The notes under the pieces: generated by a model
Databases searched by the model: none
Seen by the model: only the letters and a program-made list of their open reading frames with translations
Told to the model about the DNA's origin: nothing
IMG/VR virus record: IMGVR_UViG_3300031963_000024
Span: 5,753 to 69,752 of that record
Strand: one strand, 5' to 3'
DNA from: a virus
Taxonomy: Duplodnaviria; Heunggongvirae; Uroviricota; Caudoviricetes
DNA: 64,000 bases
Made by a program: the position numbers and the translations under genes
Shown: positions 50,189 through 61,274 of the stretch, in pieces
How the letters are laid out: the number at the start of each line of letters is the position of its first letter
How positions within the stretch are numbered: the stretch's first letter is position 1

Positions 50189-51751
50189 ATGAAATTTAAA
50201 AAATTAAAAGCCGAAATTGAAGAATTAGAAGACAAATTAACTACCAACGAAGACCTACAAGAATCAATACAAAACGAACAAAAAGAGATTATTAATGAAA
50301 TGAAAAAAATTGGGATTGAAAGATTACCATATTCATATTCATCACTTGGTAGATTTATTGACCCAAAAACAATGAATGTTCATTACAACAAACATTATAA
50401 AGGGTATGTTGAAAAATTAAATGCGGCACTTGCAAATCTTAAAGGTGCCGATGCTGAACTTGAAGAAATTGTAAAAGGTATTTCAAGATATAACAAAACT
50501 GTTAAAAACAATGCGGGTGGTGCCTTTAACCACGCTTTGTTTTGGAAAATGTTATCGCCAAAGAAACAAACCATTAACGGTCCTGTAGAAGAAAAAATTA
50601 AAAAAGACTTTGGTTCTTACGAAGAATTCAAAAAACAATTCACGGAAAAATCACAAAAGAATTTTGGTTCAGGATGGTGTTGGTTGGTAATTAATGGTCA
50701 AGGTAAATTAAAAATTGTTACGACATCAAACCAAGATAACCCATTAATGAATACCGTCAAAGATGGTGGATATCCAATATTGGGTCTTGATTTGTGGGAA
50801 CACGCATATTATTTAAGATACCAAAACAAAAAAGATGAATATATAGGAAAATTTTTCTCAGTTATTAATTGGGACTTTGTTAACACACTTCTTATATCTA
50901 AAAACGAAAAAAAACTTAACGAAGAAAAGTTAGCTGGTGAATTACTTGTTGAAACAAGAGAAAGTATAGGTTGTTCAACAACAGAGGTTAAAGAAATAAA
51001 CAAAATGTTTTCAATGAACACACAAGTAAAATATAAATTCATGAATACAATCAACACAATCATGAAAGAAAAATTTTCAGAATATTGGTTTGAAAAAGAC
51101 CAATATGAACCAGGTTCAATGTCAGGAATTTATAATTACGGAAAACCAGGTCGTTCAGTTATTAACAAATTAAATACAAATTACAGTTCGTTTTGTATTT
51201 TGATGAATGATTTAAATTTTTATTTAATTAAAAACAATATAAAACCTATATCATTTGGGGATAAAGATAAATTTGCACAAATTAAAGAAGTTGAAAGATT
51301 TACAAAATATCTTTATGATTTAAGAGACCGAATCTTTAACTTGTCAACATCTAAAACTTTTCAAAATATTGTACAGAAATTAGTACAAACCGATTCCAAA
51401 GGTGAGGAAAGAGAAGATATTACTGTTATAGCATTAAGAAAAATATTTGGAACTGAAGACGTTCACAAAATTGGTGGATTGGGTTCTGAAGAAGATATGA
51501 TTTCGGGTGTTGATGCGATTATTAATAAAGATGGTCAAAGATTGACAGCACAAATTAAACCATTTAGTGGTGTAAAAGATTTTAATGATGATAGTGTTAT
51601 GGTGTTCGGAGCGAGCGCACCAAAACAATATAAAACTGATTATTTAGTTTTTAATAATAAAAACAAGACAGTCGTATTCAAAAATCAAAATACAAAAATT
51701 ATTGATGGTAATTATGTATTTCCAAAATCAAACATATTTGGAGATATTTGA
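50189..51751 (+). CDS. sodA: Mn/Fe superoxide dismutase fused to a C-terminal PD-(D/E)xK nuclease-like domain
   Basis: HYNKH, NNAGGAFNH, GSGWCW, SNQDNP, DLWEHAYY (all metal ligands; GG and QD suggest Mn type). C-domain EDMISGVDA...TAQIKPF. Confidence 0.85.
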   Translation: MKFKKLKAEIEELEDKLTTNEDLQESIQNEQKEIINEMKKIGIERLPYSYSSLGRFIDPKTMNVHYNKHYKGYVEKLNAALANLKGADAELEEIVKGISRYNKTVKNNAGGAFNHALFWKMLSPKKQTINGPVEEKIKKDFGSYEEFKKQFTEKSQKNFGSGWCWLVINGQGKLKIVTTSNQDNPLMNTVKDGGYPILGLDLWEHAYYLRYQNKKDEYIGKFFSVINWDFVNTLLISKNEKKLNEEKLAGELLVETRESIGCSTTEVKEINKMFSMNTQVKYKFMNTINTIMKEKFSEYWFEKDQYEPGSMSGIYNYGKPGRSVINKLNTNYSSFCILMNDLNFYLIKNNIKPISFGDKDKFAQIKEVERFTKYLYDLRDRIFNLSTSKTFQNIVQKLVQTDSKGEEREDITVIALRKIFGTEDVHKIGGLGSEEDMISGVDAIINKDGQRLTAQIKPFSGVKDFNDDSVMVFGASAPKQYKTDYLVFNNKNKTVVFKNQNTKIIDGNYVFPKSNIFGDI

Positions 51752-51765
51752 TATTTATAAAGAAG

Positions 51766-52881
51766 ATGGCAATTATTGTAGAACCAGAAAGAAGTAAACT
51801 CTATAGAAGAATTAAAGCCCTTCTTGGTGCACCTGTTAGAGGTGTTGAGTTAGAAGATGAGCAAATGGACTCATTATTAGAACTTGCGATTGGGGATTAC
51901 GAACAATATATTTTAGATTGGTTAATTGAAGCACAATGGACTTCTTTATATGGACTGAACCTTGACGAACAGTCTTTAACAAGGGCACTTACCAAAAGAA
52001 GTTTAGATTGGGAAACACAATACACTTACGCATATTCAAAGATAGTTGGATTACAAGCTGGTGGTGATTGGGTACTTAAAAAAGATTATGTTGATTTGGT
52101 TCCGAACCAACAAATTTATGAAATACCTAAGGGTCGTGAAATTAATGAACTTTTATGGTTCATGAGAGCCGAATTAAACAATTCATTATTCGACCCATTT
52201 ATGGGTGGATTTGGAGGATTTGGTGGAACTGGATTAGGTGGTCCTGGCGGATTTGCACAATTTGGTGCAAGTGGAAGTTATTTTATGATGCCAGCGTTTG
52301 ACGTTGTGTTAAGAATGGCGGATAGAAATCTCAAACAAAGAATGATTGTTGGTGATTTGACATATAGAATTACAGCATTGCCTGAAGGAAAAAAAGCATT
52401 ACACTTATACAACACACCTGGTGGAAGATTTGATTTTTCAAATATTGGATTTAACGAATATAGATGTTGGTATTGGTACTACGATACTGATGGTGACCGT
52501 GATGATTGTTTGGCTGCAAATCCTGACATTGTTAGATTACCATCTGACATACCATTAGAAGCGTTAAATTGGCAGGACCTTAATACACCCGCACAACAAT
52601 GGGTTAGAAGATGGTTTACCGCTTACTGTAAAGAAACATTAGGTCGTATTTATGGTAAATACAGTGGTAACCTTAAAACCCCTGACTCTGAACTAACATT
52701 GGACTACACATCTTTGTTAGGTGAGGCTAAAGATGAAAGAGCAAAACTTGAAGAAGAATTAAAATTACGTCTTGAAAGATTAAGTCCTGTTAAACAAATG
52801 GAAAAGGAAGCCTTAATTGCTGAAAACCTAAATAAACAATTAAAATATAGAGCGTTCCCAAGTCCCTATAATGTAATTTAA
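51766..52881 (+). CDS. Neck/head-tail adaptor, gp13-like
   Basis: IKALLGAPVRGVELEDEQM..LL..AI; WVRRWFTAYCKETLGR..GKY. Likely start ATG 51766. Confidence 0.78.
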   Translation: MAIIVEPERSKLYRRIKALLGAPVRGVELEDEQMDSLLELAIGDYEQYILDWLIEAQWTSLYGLNLDEQSLTRALTKRSLDWETQYTYAYSKIVGLQAGGDWVLKKDYVDLVPNQQIYEIPKGREINELLWFMRAELNNSLFDPFMGGFGGFGGTGLGGPGGFAQFGASGSYFMMPAFDVVLRMADRNLKQRMIVGDLTYRITALPEGKKALHLYNTPGGRFDFSNIGFNEYRCWYWYYDTDGDRDDCLAANPDIVRLPSDIPLEALNWQDLNTPAQQWVRRWFTAYCKETLGRIYGKYSGNLKTPDSELTLDYTSLLGEAKDERAKLEEELKLRLERLSPVKQMEKEALIAENLNKQLKYRAFPSPYNVI

Positions 52882-52885
52882 TTTT

Positions 52886-53221
52886 ATGCCAATATTAAGG
52901 AGTATACCGAGTAAAAAAATTATTAACGGAATTGAAGTAAAAACATCTGAGGTCGCTTTAATTTCCGAATCAAATTACACAACAACAGGTGAATACGCAA
53001 TTGTGATTAAAACTGTTGAACATTGTGATTTGTTATTAGATAGTAAAACAACTGACCACATTGTTGTCAAAGCTCTTACCAAAGTTACAATTAGACCCGA
53101 TAAGAGCAAAATTGACGAACAATATGATGAAGTTGAAATTGGAAAAGGTGCATGTGTTGAGTTTCACTTTATAGGTGGAAACTGGTACATCTTATCTTCA
53201 GACGGTCTCAAATTGGACTAA
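52886..53221 (+). CDS. Small hypothetical beta-rich protein
   Basis: 111 aa; ends ACVEFHFIGGNWYILSSDG, resembling small tail-fibre-type domains. Confidence 0.55.
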   Translation: MPILRSIPSKKIINGIEVKTSEVALISESNYTTTGEYAIVIKTVEHCDLLLDSKTTDHIVVKALTKVTIRPDKSKIDEQYDEVEIGKGACVEFHFIGGNWYILSSDGLKLD

Positions 53222-55927
53222 TTCTTGTTCCCATCCATCTTCAGCTAAATCATAGATATAGTCAGGACTAATACCAACCCTATCCCAAAACTTCACTTCT
53301 TGTTCAGAAACCGTTAAAACATCTACCAATTTATCTTGGTCGGTATCCTCGAAAGGGTGACCATTGATTAATTGACATTGTTCTTTTGTATAGAATTCCC
53401 TCTTACTTGGGTTATCAATAATCAAAGAATCTCTAACATCATCTTTAAACACAACCATCAAAGGTTCAATACGTTTGTTAAATGTTGTTATTGCTCTCGC
53501 TATATTATACTCACCCAACATATCAGGATTTCTTTCAAGTTCCTCATTGTCCAATCTATAGGCATTGATTACCAATGAGTCAACTTTTTTAACAACATCA
53601 CCATGTGATGCTTTTGTACCGTTGTTAACATAAAAAATTACATCACCCAAGTTAGCCGCAATACCATCATGAATAATAAGTTCCATATGTGCTTGTCTTG
53701 ACATCATACTTCCTGATTTGGTTTTTTGACCACATCTTACTTTGTAATCCTCAATAGAAATTTTAACTTTAGCACGAGACGCAATTTGTTTTAATGGAAT
53801 TTGTTTGTTAAAGATTTTTTCTAAGTATTCATAATACCACTCAACAAATTGTTGACCTTCACCCATCAATAACATTTTGATTCCTTTGTCCAAAAACGCT
53901 TCAATATACAACGGTAATTTCTTTGATTTGATTGTATTACCAACCAATTTAATTTTACCTTTGTCAGTCATCAAGGCATAGTTCTTACGTGCTAAGTTAA
54001 TACAAGATGGCCAAACACCATCATTATCCAAAGCCATTTCACCTTTCATGAACAAGTCATTATATTCTGCAATGTCAGCTGCGGCACCCATATATTCCTT
54101 ACCTTCAACCACTTTCCAATTCAAACCTTTACCAATGTATTTACGGGATTCAACATTCACAGGTGATGAAAAGTTCACACCATCCGTATCCATAACCAAC
54201 GGGTCATATCCACGATTCATAAAGAACTTAATCATCTGACGTAGATATTGTCTACCTGTACAAGTAATCCTTTCACCCTGATTCATATCACCCCAGTGAA
54301 ATACTTGAGGTGCTGATAAAGCTCCAAACATTGAGTTAATAAAAATCTTAATTGGTAATTGTTTACGGTCATAAGATTTAGATTTTACAGGGTCACTCTT
54401 TTCAAACTCTTCGGCCAATTGTTTATACATAATACGAGCATTTCTAAAGTACGTTAACATACCTTTCATTACTCCTGTTATATCACAATCAGGGAATACG
54501 TCGTGAACCAACTGAATTGACGGATACAGTGAACTAAAGTCAAGTTTCAATACATCGGTTGAATACCCAACTTTAACCAAACGTGACAATCCACCAACAA
54601 AGTCTTGTTTCTGTTGTTTAGCGGGAATTGCAAGTCCATGTTTATACGACCAAGCTCTCATTTGGATTTCCCAGAGTGTTGCTGTTCCCATCGTGGCAAT
54701 CCTTTGATATGTTGTTGGAACCAAAGAAGCCAACAGGAATGAACCCTGATTAAACTCTTCATCAACTCTTAATGTCTCAATTAAGTCATCGTCAAGATAT
54801 CTTTCAACAATGTTATCACCTGTTGTTTTAATATAGGTATCTTCTCTTCTTTCACACACTTCATCAACCTTTGGGTCAATACCACATTTTTTGTACTTAC
54901 CATTTTGGGTGTTTAACCAATAATCTTCTTTCTTGGCATACATGGAACCAATATCGGTATGGTCAATGTAGATACGGTCAGCGTCTTCAGCTTCCAAATA
55001 TTGAACAATATATTTCAAACCAGCAGATTTGATATTTGAGTTAATAGCTTGTGCACGTCTTACTGAGTGTAATGCGTCAATAACATTATAACCCCAAATT
55101 GATGTTTGAACGTAATCCTCAATTTCGTTTGCCAATTTCAACAAACCTTTTGATTGTGTAATTGATTTTTCAGGGTTAAGTGATTTACAGATTCTTTTCA
55201 TATCCAATCCCAAAGCTTTTGCCCTTTCAAATATCCAATGCCAGTCAAACGCAAATCCGTTATATGACACAATAATGGATGGTTTAATTTCATGGATATA
55301 GTTAAAAAAATCTATGATACCTTGTTTTTCCTGTTCCTCATTTGAACATTCAATAACCTTGTGAAACCCTTTGTTTGTCTTTAATCCAAACATGAATATT
55401 CTACCATCTTTTGGTTCCAAAGCGGTAGTTTCTAAGTCAAATACAAAACGGGTTACGTCATCATAACTTTCAAACCCTTTGAAAAGACGTTTTTCTTTTT
55501 GAATCAAAAATTGTTCAATCGGTGGAAGAATCAAAACTTTTTCTTTTGCCTTTTCACCATATGGGTCAATTCCACCATCACGGAAAAATTGTAATAATGT
55601 TCTATAACCCTTCAAAGATTTAACCATAAATGATAAACCTTCTTCAAGTCTTTTATTTCCTTCTGTTTTTAGTTTTTCAATAACAATTCCGTATTTGGAC
55701 ATTGCTTCTTTTTGTAACCCCTTTGAACCTTGATAAAAGTTGAGACCACGTAAATCACCAACCCAAGCAAATGGAATAAAGGTATCACGTTTAACAATCT
55801 TCCCTTTTATGGGGTCTTCAATAATTTTGTAGATGGAGTCACTAACGTAGTCAAATTCAACACTGACTATGTACTGTTCAGGGTCAGAGCCCTTCAAAAA
55901 ATCTTCAATTTCTTCTGCTGGTATCAT
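53198..55927 (-). CDS. polB: Family B DNA polymerase with 3'-5' exonuclease
   Basis: FDLETT (ExoI), YNGFAFD (ExoII), DFSSLYPSI (A), KIFINSMFG (B), MDTDG (C). Confidence 0.93.
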   Translation of the reverse strand: MIPAEEIEDFLKGSDPEQYIVSVEFDYVSDSIYKIIEDPIKGKIVKRDTFIPFAWVGDLRGLNFYQGSKGLQKEAMSKYGIVIEKLKTEGNKRLEEGLSFMVKSLKGYRTLLQFFRDGGIDPYGEKAKEKVLILPPIEQFLIQKEKRLFKGFESYDDVTRFVFDLETTALEPKDGRIFMFGLKTNKGFHKVIECSNEEQEKQGIIDFFNYIHEIKPSIIVSYNGFAFDWHWIFERAKALGLDMKRICKSLNPEKSITQSKGLLKLANEIEDYVQTSIWGYNVIDALHSVRRAQAINSNIKSAGLKYIVQYLEAEDADRIYIDHTDIGSMYAKKEDYWLNTQNGKYKKCGIDPKVDEVCERREDTYIKTTGDNIVERYLDDDLIETLRVDEEFNQGSFLLASLVPTTYQRIATMGTATLWEIQMRAWSYKHGLAIPAKQQKQDFVGGLSRLVKVGYSTDVLKLDFSSLYPSIQLVHDVFPDCDITGVMKGMLTYFRNARIMYKQLAEEFEKSDPVKSKSYDRKQLPIKIFINSMFGALSAPQVFHWGDMNQGERITCTGRQYLRQMIKFFMNRGYDPLVMDTDGVNFSSPVNVESRKYIGKGLNWKVVEGKEYMGAAADIAEYNDLFMKGEMALDNDGVWPSCINLARKNYALMTDKGKIKLVGNTIKSKKLPLYIEAFLDKGIKMLLMGEGQQFVEWYYEYLEKIFNKQIPLKQIASRAKVKISIEDYKVRCGQKTKSGSMMSRQAHMELIIHDGIAANLGDVIFYVNNGTKASHGDVVKKVDSLVINAYRLDNEELERNPDMLGEYNIARAITTFNKRIEPLMVVFKDDVRDSLIIDNPSKREFYTKEQCQLINGHPFEDTDQDKLVDVLTVSEQEVKFWDRVGISPDYIYDLAEDGWEQELVQFETV

Positions 55928-56012
55928 AATATTTTCTAGAGTGGTTTATTAGCTTCCGAACACGTCGGAGTTTACCTTGTCTAAATAAATATATGTTACA
56001 GAATTGGTATTA

Positions 56013-56393
56013 TCAACAACAGTATTGAGTTTTAATAAAAGAAGGGGTTATGTTGATAAACAAAGATTCTCTTATTGGAACAATCAATTCACCGTCAGTT
56101 GTTGTGATGCTAAACTCACCCAAATATCTACCGGGTGTTCTTGTGTCGTTTGGTGTAAAATTATAATAAATGTAATATTCTTCAGGTGCGTCGGGATTAT
56201 CTAAAAACTTTTGTGTGATATACGCTGGTTTTGACGCAATTTTTAAAATACCATTATCGGAATTAATCATTGAAAATGTAATAATTGCATTCTGAAGTGT
56301 CTCCATAAAACTTCTGAAGTCGTTTCTTCCGTCTTTTACAACTTGTAGTTTTAAAGTTGGTAAGGTTGCGTTTTGTTTTATAAAGAATTCCAT
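56013..56393 (-). CDS. BppU N-terminal-like Ig-fold protein
   Basis: FFIKQNATLP.L...; Y.FT..DT..PGRYLGEF. Confidence 0.6.
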   Translation of the reverse strand: MEFFIKQNATLPTLKLQVVKDGRNDFRSFMETLQNAIITFSMINSDNGILKIASKPAYITQKFLDNPDAPEEYYIYYNFTPNDTRTPGRYLGEFSITTTDGELIVPIRESLFINITPSFIKTQYCC

Positions 56394-56422
56394 TATCTAT
56401 AAATACTTTAATTTTAATATTA

Positions 56423-59323
56423 TTATAAACCGTATTTTGATTTATCGGCATTAAAGTTTTGTAATACTTGTGTTGATGTTAATGATGTGTCGTACATTCT
56501 TATGACACCAATAGTTCCTTTGAACTTGTTTAGGGCTGAACTTCCGTCTGCAGTAACTCTACCAGCTATACTTACAAAATTTGTGTTACTTACTTGATTA
56601 ACACCAGCTAAACTTATACTTCCCGCGGAAACACCGTTTCTATAAACCGTGAGAGTCTTGGCAACACCAAAATTAAAGACAGCAACCGCTTGTACCCAAG
56701 TATTCACCGTAAATCCCGTCATAATAATATTAGGGTTGTTAGCCCCGTCGTAAGCTGCCACGAACATATTACTTGCACCTTCATTAAATCTAATTGTGTA
56801 AGGGTATCTAAGAGGTGAGAAGCTGGTATCCCATTTTTCCAATAGTTCCGCTTCACCTGAGTTTGGTTGACCATTTGAAGGATTAAACCATATTTCAACC
56901 GTGTATTGTTCAGTATTTGTAAAGTTTGTAACACCATTAACACTTGGGATTCTACCATAAGAAGAACTTCCATTGAAAGTAAAACCACTTAATGCGTTGT
57001 AAGTTGGACTACCCGATAAAGTTGCATCCGTACTACCCACAGTTGTGTCCCAAACAGTTCCTGAACCAACATAACTACTTGGTAATAACTGTAGTTGTAA
57101 GTTTGATGTTACAATATTAGGTGTTACTGATGGTGTTGGTGTCTGAGTATTAGTTGGTGTTATTGTATTTGTTGGGGTAACCGTAGGTGTTGATGTTGAT
57201 GTAGGGGTGGGTGTTGGTTCAACAAATCTTGGAGACAAGAAATTATACTGTTGTTGTATTTCAGAAAGTGACAACTGTCTATTGTAGAAATACATGTTGG
57301 CAACATACCCCCAAGGCTGAGGAACGACATCATTATTACCCCAACCCCAGTGTGTAGTTCCACCAGCACCAAAAGCAATTTGACTTCCAACTTCAGAACC
57401 ATTTATGTAGAATTTTTGAGATGAATTTGTTCCAACAACCGCATATTGAACCCAAACACTTGTTTCACCTGACAAGTCATACCCTGAACTTCTAAACGCA
57501 CTGTCCCAATAACCCAATATATCGGAGTTATTTGGGATGGTAATTGGAGTGTATTTAGGTGAGTTTGTATAAAGTAATGTTCTAAATGATGCAATATTAT
57601 TTAATTCTAATCTTGCCCAAGTAATATATGTGTATCCTGAATTTGGTAATAAAGGTCCTGTTGCGTTGTAATTAACTCTATTAGTCCCTGTAGTACAATC
57701 AAAACATTTTATACCGTTAAGAACTGTGTAAGTTGCACCGATTAATGTGTGATTATACCCCCCTGTTATATCATAAACTGTTGTACCTGTTCCGGGATAG
57801 CTTGAACTTGTATGTGCGTCAAGTTGGATTACCAAACCATTTGTTACAAGATTTGGCGTTGGCGTAATTGTTGGTGTAACCGTTGGTGTTGATGTATTAG
57901 TCGGCGTAATTGTTGGTGTAACCGTTGGTGTTGATGTATTAGTTGGTGTTGGTGTTGGACAAATATAATTTGAGGATGTGTTAATATAGTTTGAATACGT
58001 TTGTCCACTTGTTAAGGATGTTGTATAAATTTCTAAACTACCAAGTCTGTAATCACCAAATCCTCCGTCACCCATATTTGTACCATCCTGATGTGCAAGT
58101 AAATAAAATAGTCCTGACCCGGCATTATAAGGGGCCAATCTATTTAAGGTTATATTACCAGCACTTACACCATCAACATATGCGGTTAAAGTTGACCCAT
58201 CATATGTCATACCAACATAATACCAATTATTAAGTGGTGTTGATATAGATGAGGTAAAATTAATATTTCCTGTAGTAGTCCATAAACCAAACTTAAGTGT
58301 TCCCGAAACCATTTCAATTATAGATGTGTGCCATCCCGATAAAGAATTTACAACCCCCACTTCAGAAAGTATAACCCCATCACCTTGAGGATAAATCCAC
58401 ATAAATATTGAAGTCACTTCAGACTTGTTTGGAGAAACACCAGAAAACAATGAACTTAAATTAGTGTTGGTATAGATATACTGTGAAGTACCATTGAAAT
58501 CTACGAAAGTTCCACATCCTGTACTACCACTTGAAGGAGAATTCACAATAGTACCATTACTATTATTTTCTAAATCAAATACGGTTGTAGTTCCTGAATA
58601 TGAATTACTATCACTAAAATCGTAATATAGTATTCTACTACTCAACACATTTGTTGGTGTTACAGTGGAAGTTGGTGTTGGGGTTGGTGTGGAATTACTC
58701 GATGTCGGCGTAATGGTTGGTGTAATAGTTGGCGTAACTGTTGGAGTCTCCGTTGAAGTTGCTGTTGGTGTCTGAGTAGGAGTTTCGGTATTGGTAGGAG
58801 TTGGTGTTTGGGTAGGAGTTTCGGTATTGGTAGGAGTTGGCGTTTGGGTAGGAGTCTCGGTGTTAGTTGGTGTTGGTGTTTGGGTAGGAGTTTTGGTATT
58901 GGTAGGAGTTGGCGTTTGGGTAGGAGTCTCGGTGTTAGTTGGTGTTGGTGTCTGAGTTGGTGTTTCGGTATTGGTAGGAGTTGGCGTTTGGGTAGGAGTC
59001 TCGGTGTTAGTTGGTGTTGGTGTCTGAGTTGGTGTTTCGGTATTGGTAGGTGTAACCGTATTTGTTGGTGTTGGCGTTACGGTGCTAGTTGGTGTTGGTG
59101 ATGGATTTGGTGTTGTAATATCAATTACAAATGTTTGGTCGGTACCTGAAAAATATATAAACACTTTACCTTGTGGTGTACCATCGGCAGGAAAATAATC
59201 AAAAGGGATAGTTTCTACTCCCAACTCAAAAGTTTCATTTAATGTTGTATCCAAAAAGGTAACCAAACATGTTTGACCACTATATTCAGTACTTTCAACT
59301 CTAAATCCGTAATTATTTGACAT
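56423..59323 (-). CDS. Putative virion adhesin: N-anchor, PT linker, three LamG/concanavalin A-like domains
   Basis: Three domains, each starting with an L..D..SY.G.GT.(V/W).D-like pattern and separated by PT linkers. Confidence 0.85.
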   Translation of the reverse strand: MSNNYGFRVESTEYSGQTCLVTFLDTTLNETFELGVETIPFDYFPADGTPQGKVFIYFSGTDQTFVIDITTPNPSPTPTSTVTPTPTNTVTPTNTETPTQTPTPTNTETPTQTPTPTNTETPTQTPTPTNTETPTQTPTPTNTKTPTQTPTPTNTETPTQTPTPTNTETPTQTPTPTNTETPTQTPTATSTETPTVTPTITPTITPTSSNSTPTPTPTSTVTPTNVLSSRILYYDFSDSNSYSGTTTVFDLENNSNGTIVNSPSSGSTGCGTFVDFNGTSQYIYTNTNLSSLFSGVSPNKSEVTSIFMWIYPQGDGVILSEVGVVNSLSGWHTSIIEMVSGTLKFGLWTTTGNINFTSSISTPLNNWYYVGMTYDGSTLTAYVDGVSAGNITLNRLAPYNAGSGLFYLLAHQDGTNMGDGGFGDYRLGSLEIYTTSLTSGQTYSNYINTSSNYICPTPTPTNTSTPTVTPTITPTNTSTPTVTPTITPTPNLVTNGLVIQLDAHTSSSYPGTGTTVYDITGGYNHTLIGATYTVLNGIKCFDCTTGTNRVNYNATGPLLPNSGYTYITWARLELNNIASFRTLLYTNSPKYTPITIPNNSDILGYWDSAFRSSGYDLSGETSVWVQYAVVGTNSSQKFYINGSEVGSQIAFGAGGTTHWGWGNNDVVPQPWGYVANMYFYNRQLSLSEIQQQYNFLSPRFVEPTPTPTSTSTPTVTPTNTITPTNTQTPTPSVTPNIVTSNLQLQLLPSSYVGSGTVWDTTVGSTDATLSGSPTYNALSGFTFNGSSSYGRIPSVNGVTNFTNTEQYTVEIWFNPSNGQPNSGEAELLEKWDTSFSPLRYPYTIRFNEGASNMFVAAYDGANNPNIIMTGFTVNTWVQAVAVFNFGVAKTLTVYRNGVSAGSISLAGVNQVSNTNFVSIAGRVTADGSSALNKFKGTIGVIRMYDTSLTSTQVLQNFNADKSKYGL
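58740..59100 (-). repeat. Coding tandem repeat, 36-nt unit, 7 copies plus 1 degenerate ([12 protein letters not shown])
   Basis: Repeats directly visible in DNA and protein. Confidence 0.95.
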
Positions 59324-61224
59324 TATGGTGCCGGTATTAATGTTGCTGTAAAATCCCCACTGTTAACAATACATGCGTTATCAGGACAGTTAAAATTAAA
59401 CAAACCAAATTTATTTTTTAATATTCTATAATTATGTTGTACTTGTGCAGAACCCAATGGTTCAACATACATTCTGAACTCAGATATACCGCCCATAAAT
59501 GTCCCACCAAAATTTTGTTCTAATAAAATATTTGTGGTAAGTCCTGATAAACTTGTTCCACTTAATGTATTATCACACATAACTTCAGGGTCTTGGATAT
59601 ATGGACCTGTTGTCCCGCTACAACCACTAAATGTTAATGATTCTCTTAATCCAAAAGTTCCACCACCCCATGATATATTAAATGGAACCCCAATTTGTTT
59701 TTCTTTAACTTCGTTCAATTCTCTTGGAATAATTTCTTCAAAATCTTCAATGGTCATAAACAATTTACCATTAACAAAGAATTTAAGTTTTCCTAATCTA
59801 TATTCTCTTTGGTCTAACCATTTTCTGTTCAGTTGAATTGTCTCAACTTTGCTTGGATAGGTATTTCCCGAGTGTGTTGCTGGTGGTCCAATTAATGATA
59901 CAGTGTTACCATATGTTGATGCCGTATAAGTCATTCGTCTAATATCACCCAATCCTCCCATGTTCAATAAATCACATTCATCCCAAGTTATATTTCTTTC
60001 AAACACAACATCTAACATCAACCATTTTTCAATACCTGTTGAACCTGTTGTACATACATCATAGATTCCATCTGTTGAACATATTTCAGTAATGGTATAT
60101 CCCGATTCAAAAGTTAATCCTGTTGTTTCACAAGCTCCCGTTGTTGAACAACTACCTGTTAATAATAAAAATTTAACACACAAATGTGGGTTTGATGGGT
60201 CACCCTCGAATCGTAGTGATAATGCATTTGAAAAAACATCATCTTCAGGATTGTGGTCTTCTTGTACTACAGTTGTTGTGGTACAATTGTGTGATATAGT
60301 AATTGCTGAAGATGGGTATAATGTATGACAATCAGAATTAGTGAATGCAGTATTCGAACACGCACAAGTTGTTAAACAATCTGTTAATCCTGATGTCACT
60401 CTTGTGTACCCTGAAAAAGTATCAGCGGTTCCTGCTGCGTAATGATAGAATTTGTTTTCAGCTCTTGCTCCCATAAAGAAGAAGGTACCTGAATTTTCAG
60501 TATAAATGTTATTTAGATATGTTTGTCCCGATGAAGGAACATATTCATCAACCAATCTTGGTTTTAACATCATTTCTACCGTCCACCCTTTATGCATCCT
60601 TTCAGGTAAAACTTCATAATCATAACCGTATAACTTATAAAACCCTTGTAAATAACCACCGTATAATTCATAGTATTGACCAATAGTTGTTGCTGTTTTG
60701 GATACAATATTATATAATGTTTGTGCGGTAATTCCTGAAAATCTTTGATTTGGGCTTTGAGTATAACCTGTAACAGGTCTCATTTTAAATCTCCTATCGT
60801 AATGTAATGGGTCAAACTTAAAAACATCACTAATACCCATTGAATAATATAATGTTTGTCCTGTCATTTCAGTCACAAGTCCATTATCAATTCCTGTTAA
60901 TCCAACATCACAAACACCTGTAAAGGCACTATAACAAGTATCGTTTAATGGGTTAACATTATAATTGTTTAAAGAAATAATTGTATTACCTGAAAAATAA
61001 TCACCATATGAATATGAAAAATTTTGTGAACAACCTGTGTTAGATAATTCAATTGATATTGGTAATCTATTACCATCATTGTATCCAATTAAGTAAGGTG
61101 AATAAATAACCTCTTGGTCATATTGTTTTTCATCGGCAACAAGAAAGAAATCGGTGTATGAACTATCATCCGCTCTTATGTCCAATCTATTAAAATAATA
61201 GTTATTTATGTTCTGTGTTGCCAT
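59323..61224 (-). CDS. Cys-rich putative virion protein with a LamG-like fold
   Basis: [32 protein letters not shown]. Confidence 0.6.
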   Translation of the reverse strand: MATQNINNYYFNRLDIRADDSSYTDFFLVADEKQYDQEVIYSPYLIGYNDGNRLPISIELSNTGCSQNFSYSYGDYFSGNTIISLNNYNVNPLNDTCYSAFTGVCDVGLTGIDNGLVTEMTGQTLYYSMGISDVFKFDPLHYDRRFKMRPVTGYTQSPNQRFSGITAQTLYNIVSKTATTIGQYYELYGGYLQGFYKLYGYDYEVLPERMHKGWTVEMMLKPRLVDEYVPSSGQTYLNNIYTENSGTFFFMGARAENKFYHYAAGTADTFSGYTRVTSGLTDCLTTCACSNTAFTNSDCHTLYPSSAITISHNCTTTTVVQEDHNPEDDVFSNALSLRFEGDPSNPHLCVKFLLLTGSCSTTGACETTGLTFESGYTITEICSTDGIYDVCTTGSTGIEKWLMLDVVFERNITWDECDLLNMGGLGDIRRMTYTASTYGNTVSLIGPPATHSGNTYPSKVETIQLNRKWLDQREYRLGKLKFFVNGKLFMTIEDFEEIIPRELNEVKEKQIGVPFNISWGGGTFGLRESLTFSGCSGTTGPYIQDPEVMCDNTLSGTSLSGLTTNILLEQNFGGTFMGGISEFRMYVEPLGSAQVQHNYRILKNKFGLFNFNCPDNACIVNSGDFTATLIPAP

Positions 61225-61231
61225 TCAATAG

Positions 61232-61258
61232 ATAAATACAAACAATATGGTATTTATA
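61232..61258. promoter_or_regulatory. Back-to-back divergent TATTTAT motifs
   Basis: ataaata at 61232-61238 serves the minus-strand gene; tatttata at 61251-61258 serves the plus-strand gene. Confidence 0.65.
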
Positions 61259-61274
61259 GATAAACTGTTTCAAT

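Noticed and set aside
53198-53221. Convergent 24-nt overlap of polB with the 111-aa gene (also a 9-nt overlap at 46751-46759)
   Set aside because: Short tail-to-tail overlaps are common in compact phage genomes.
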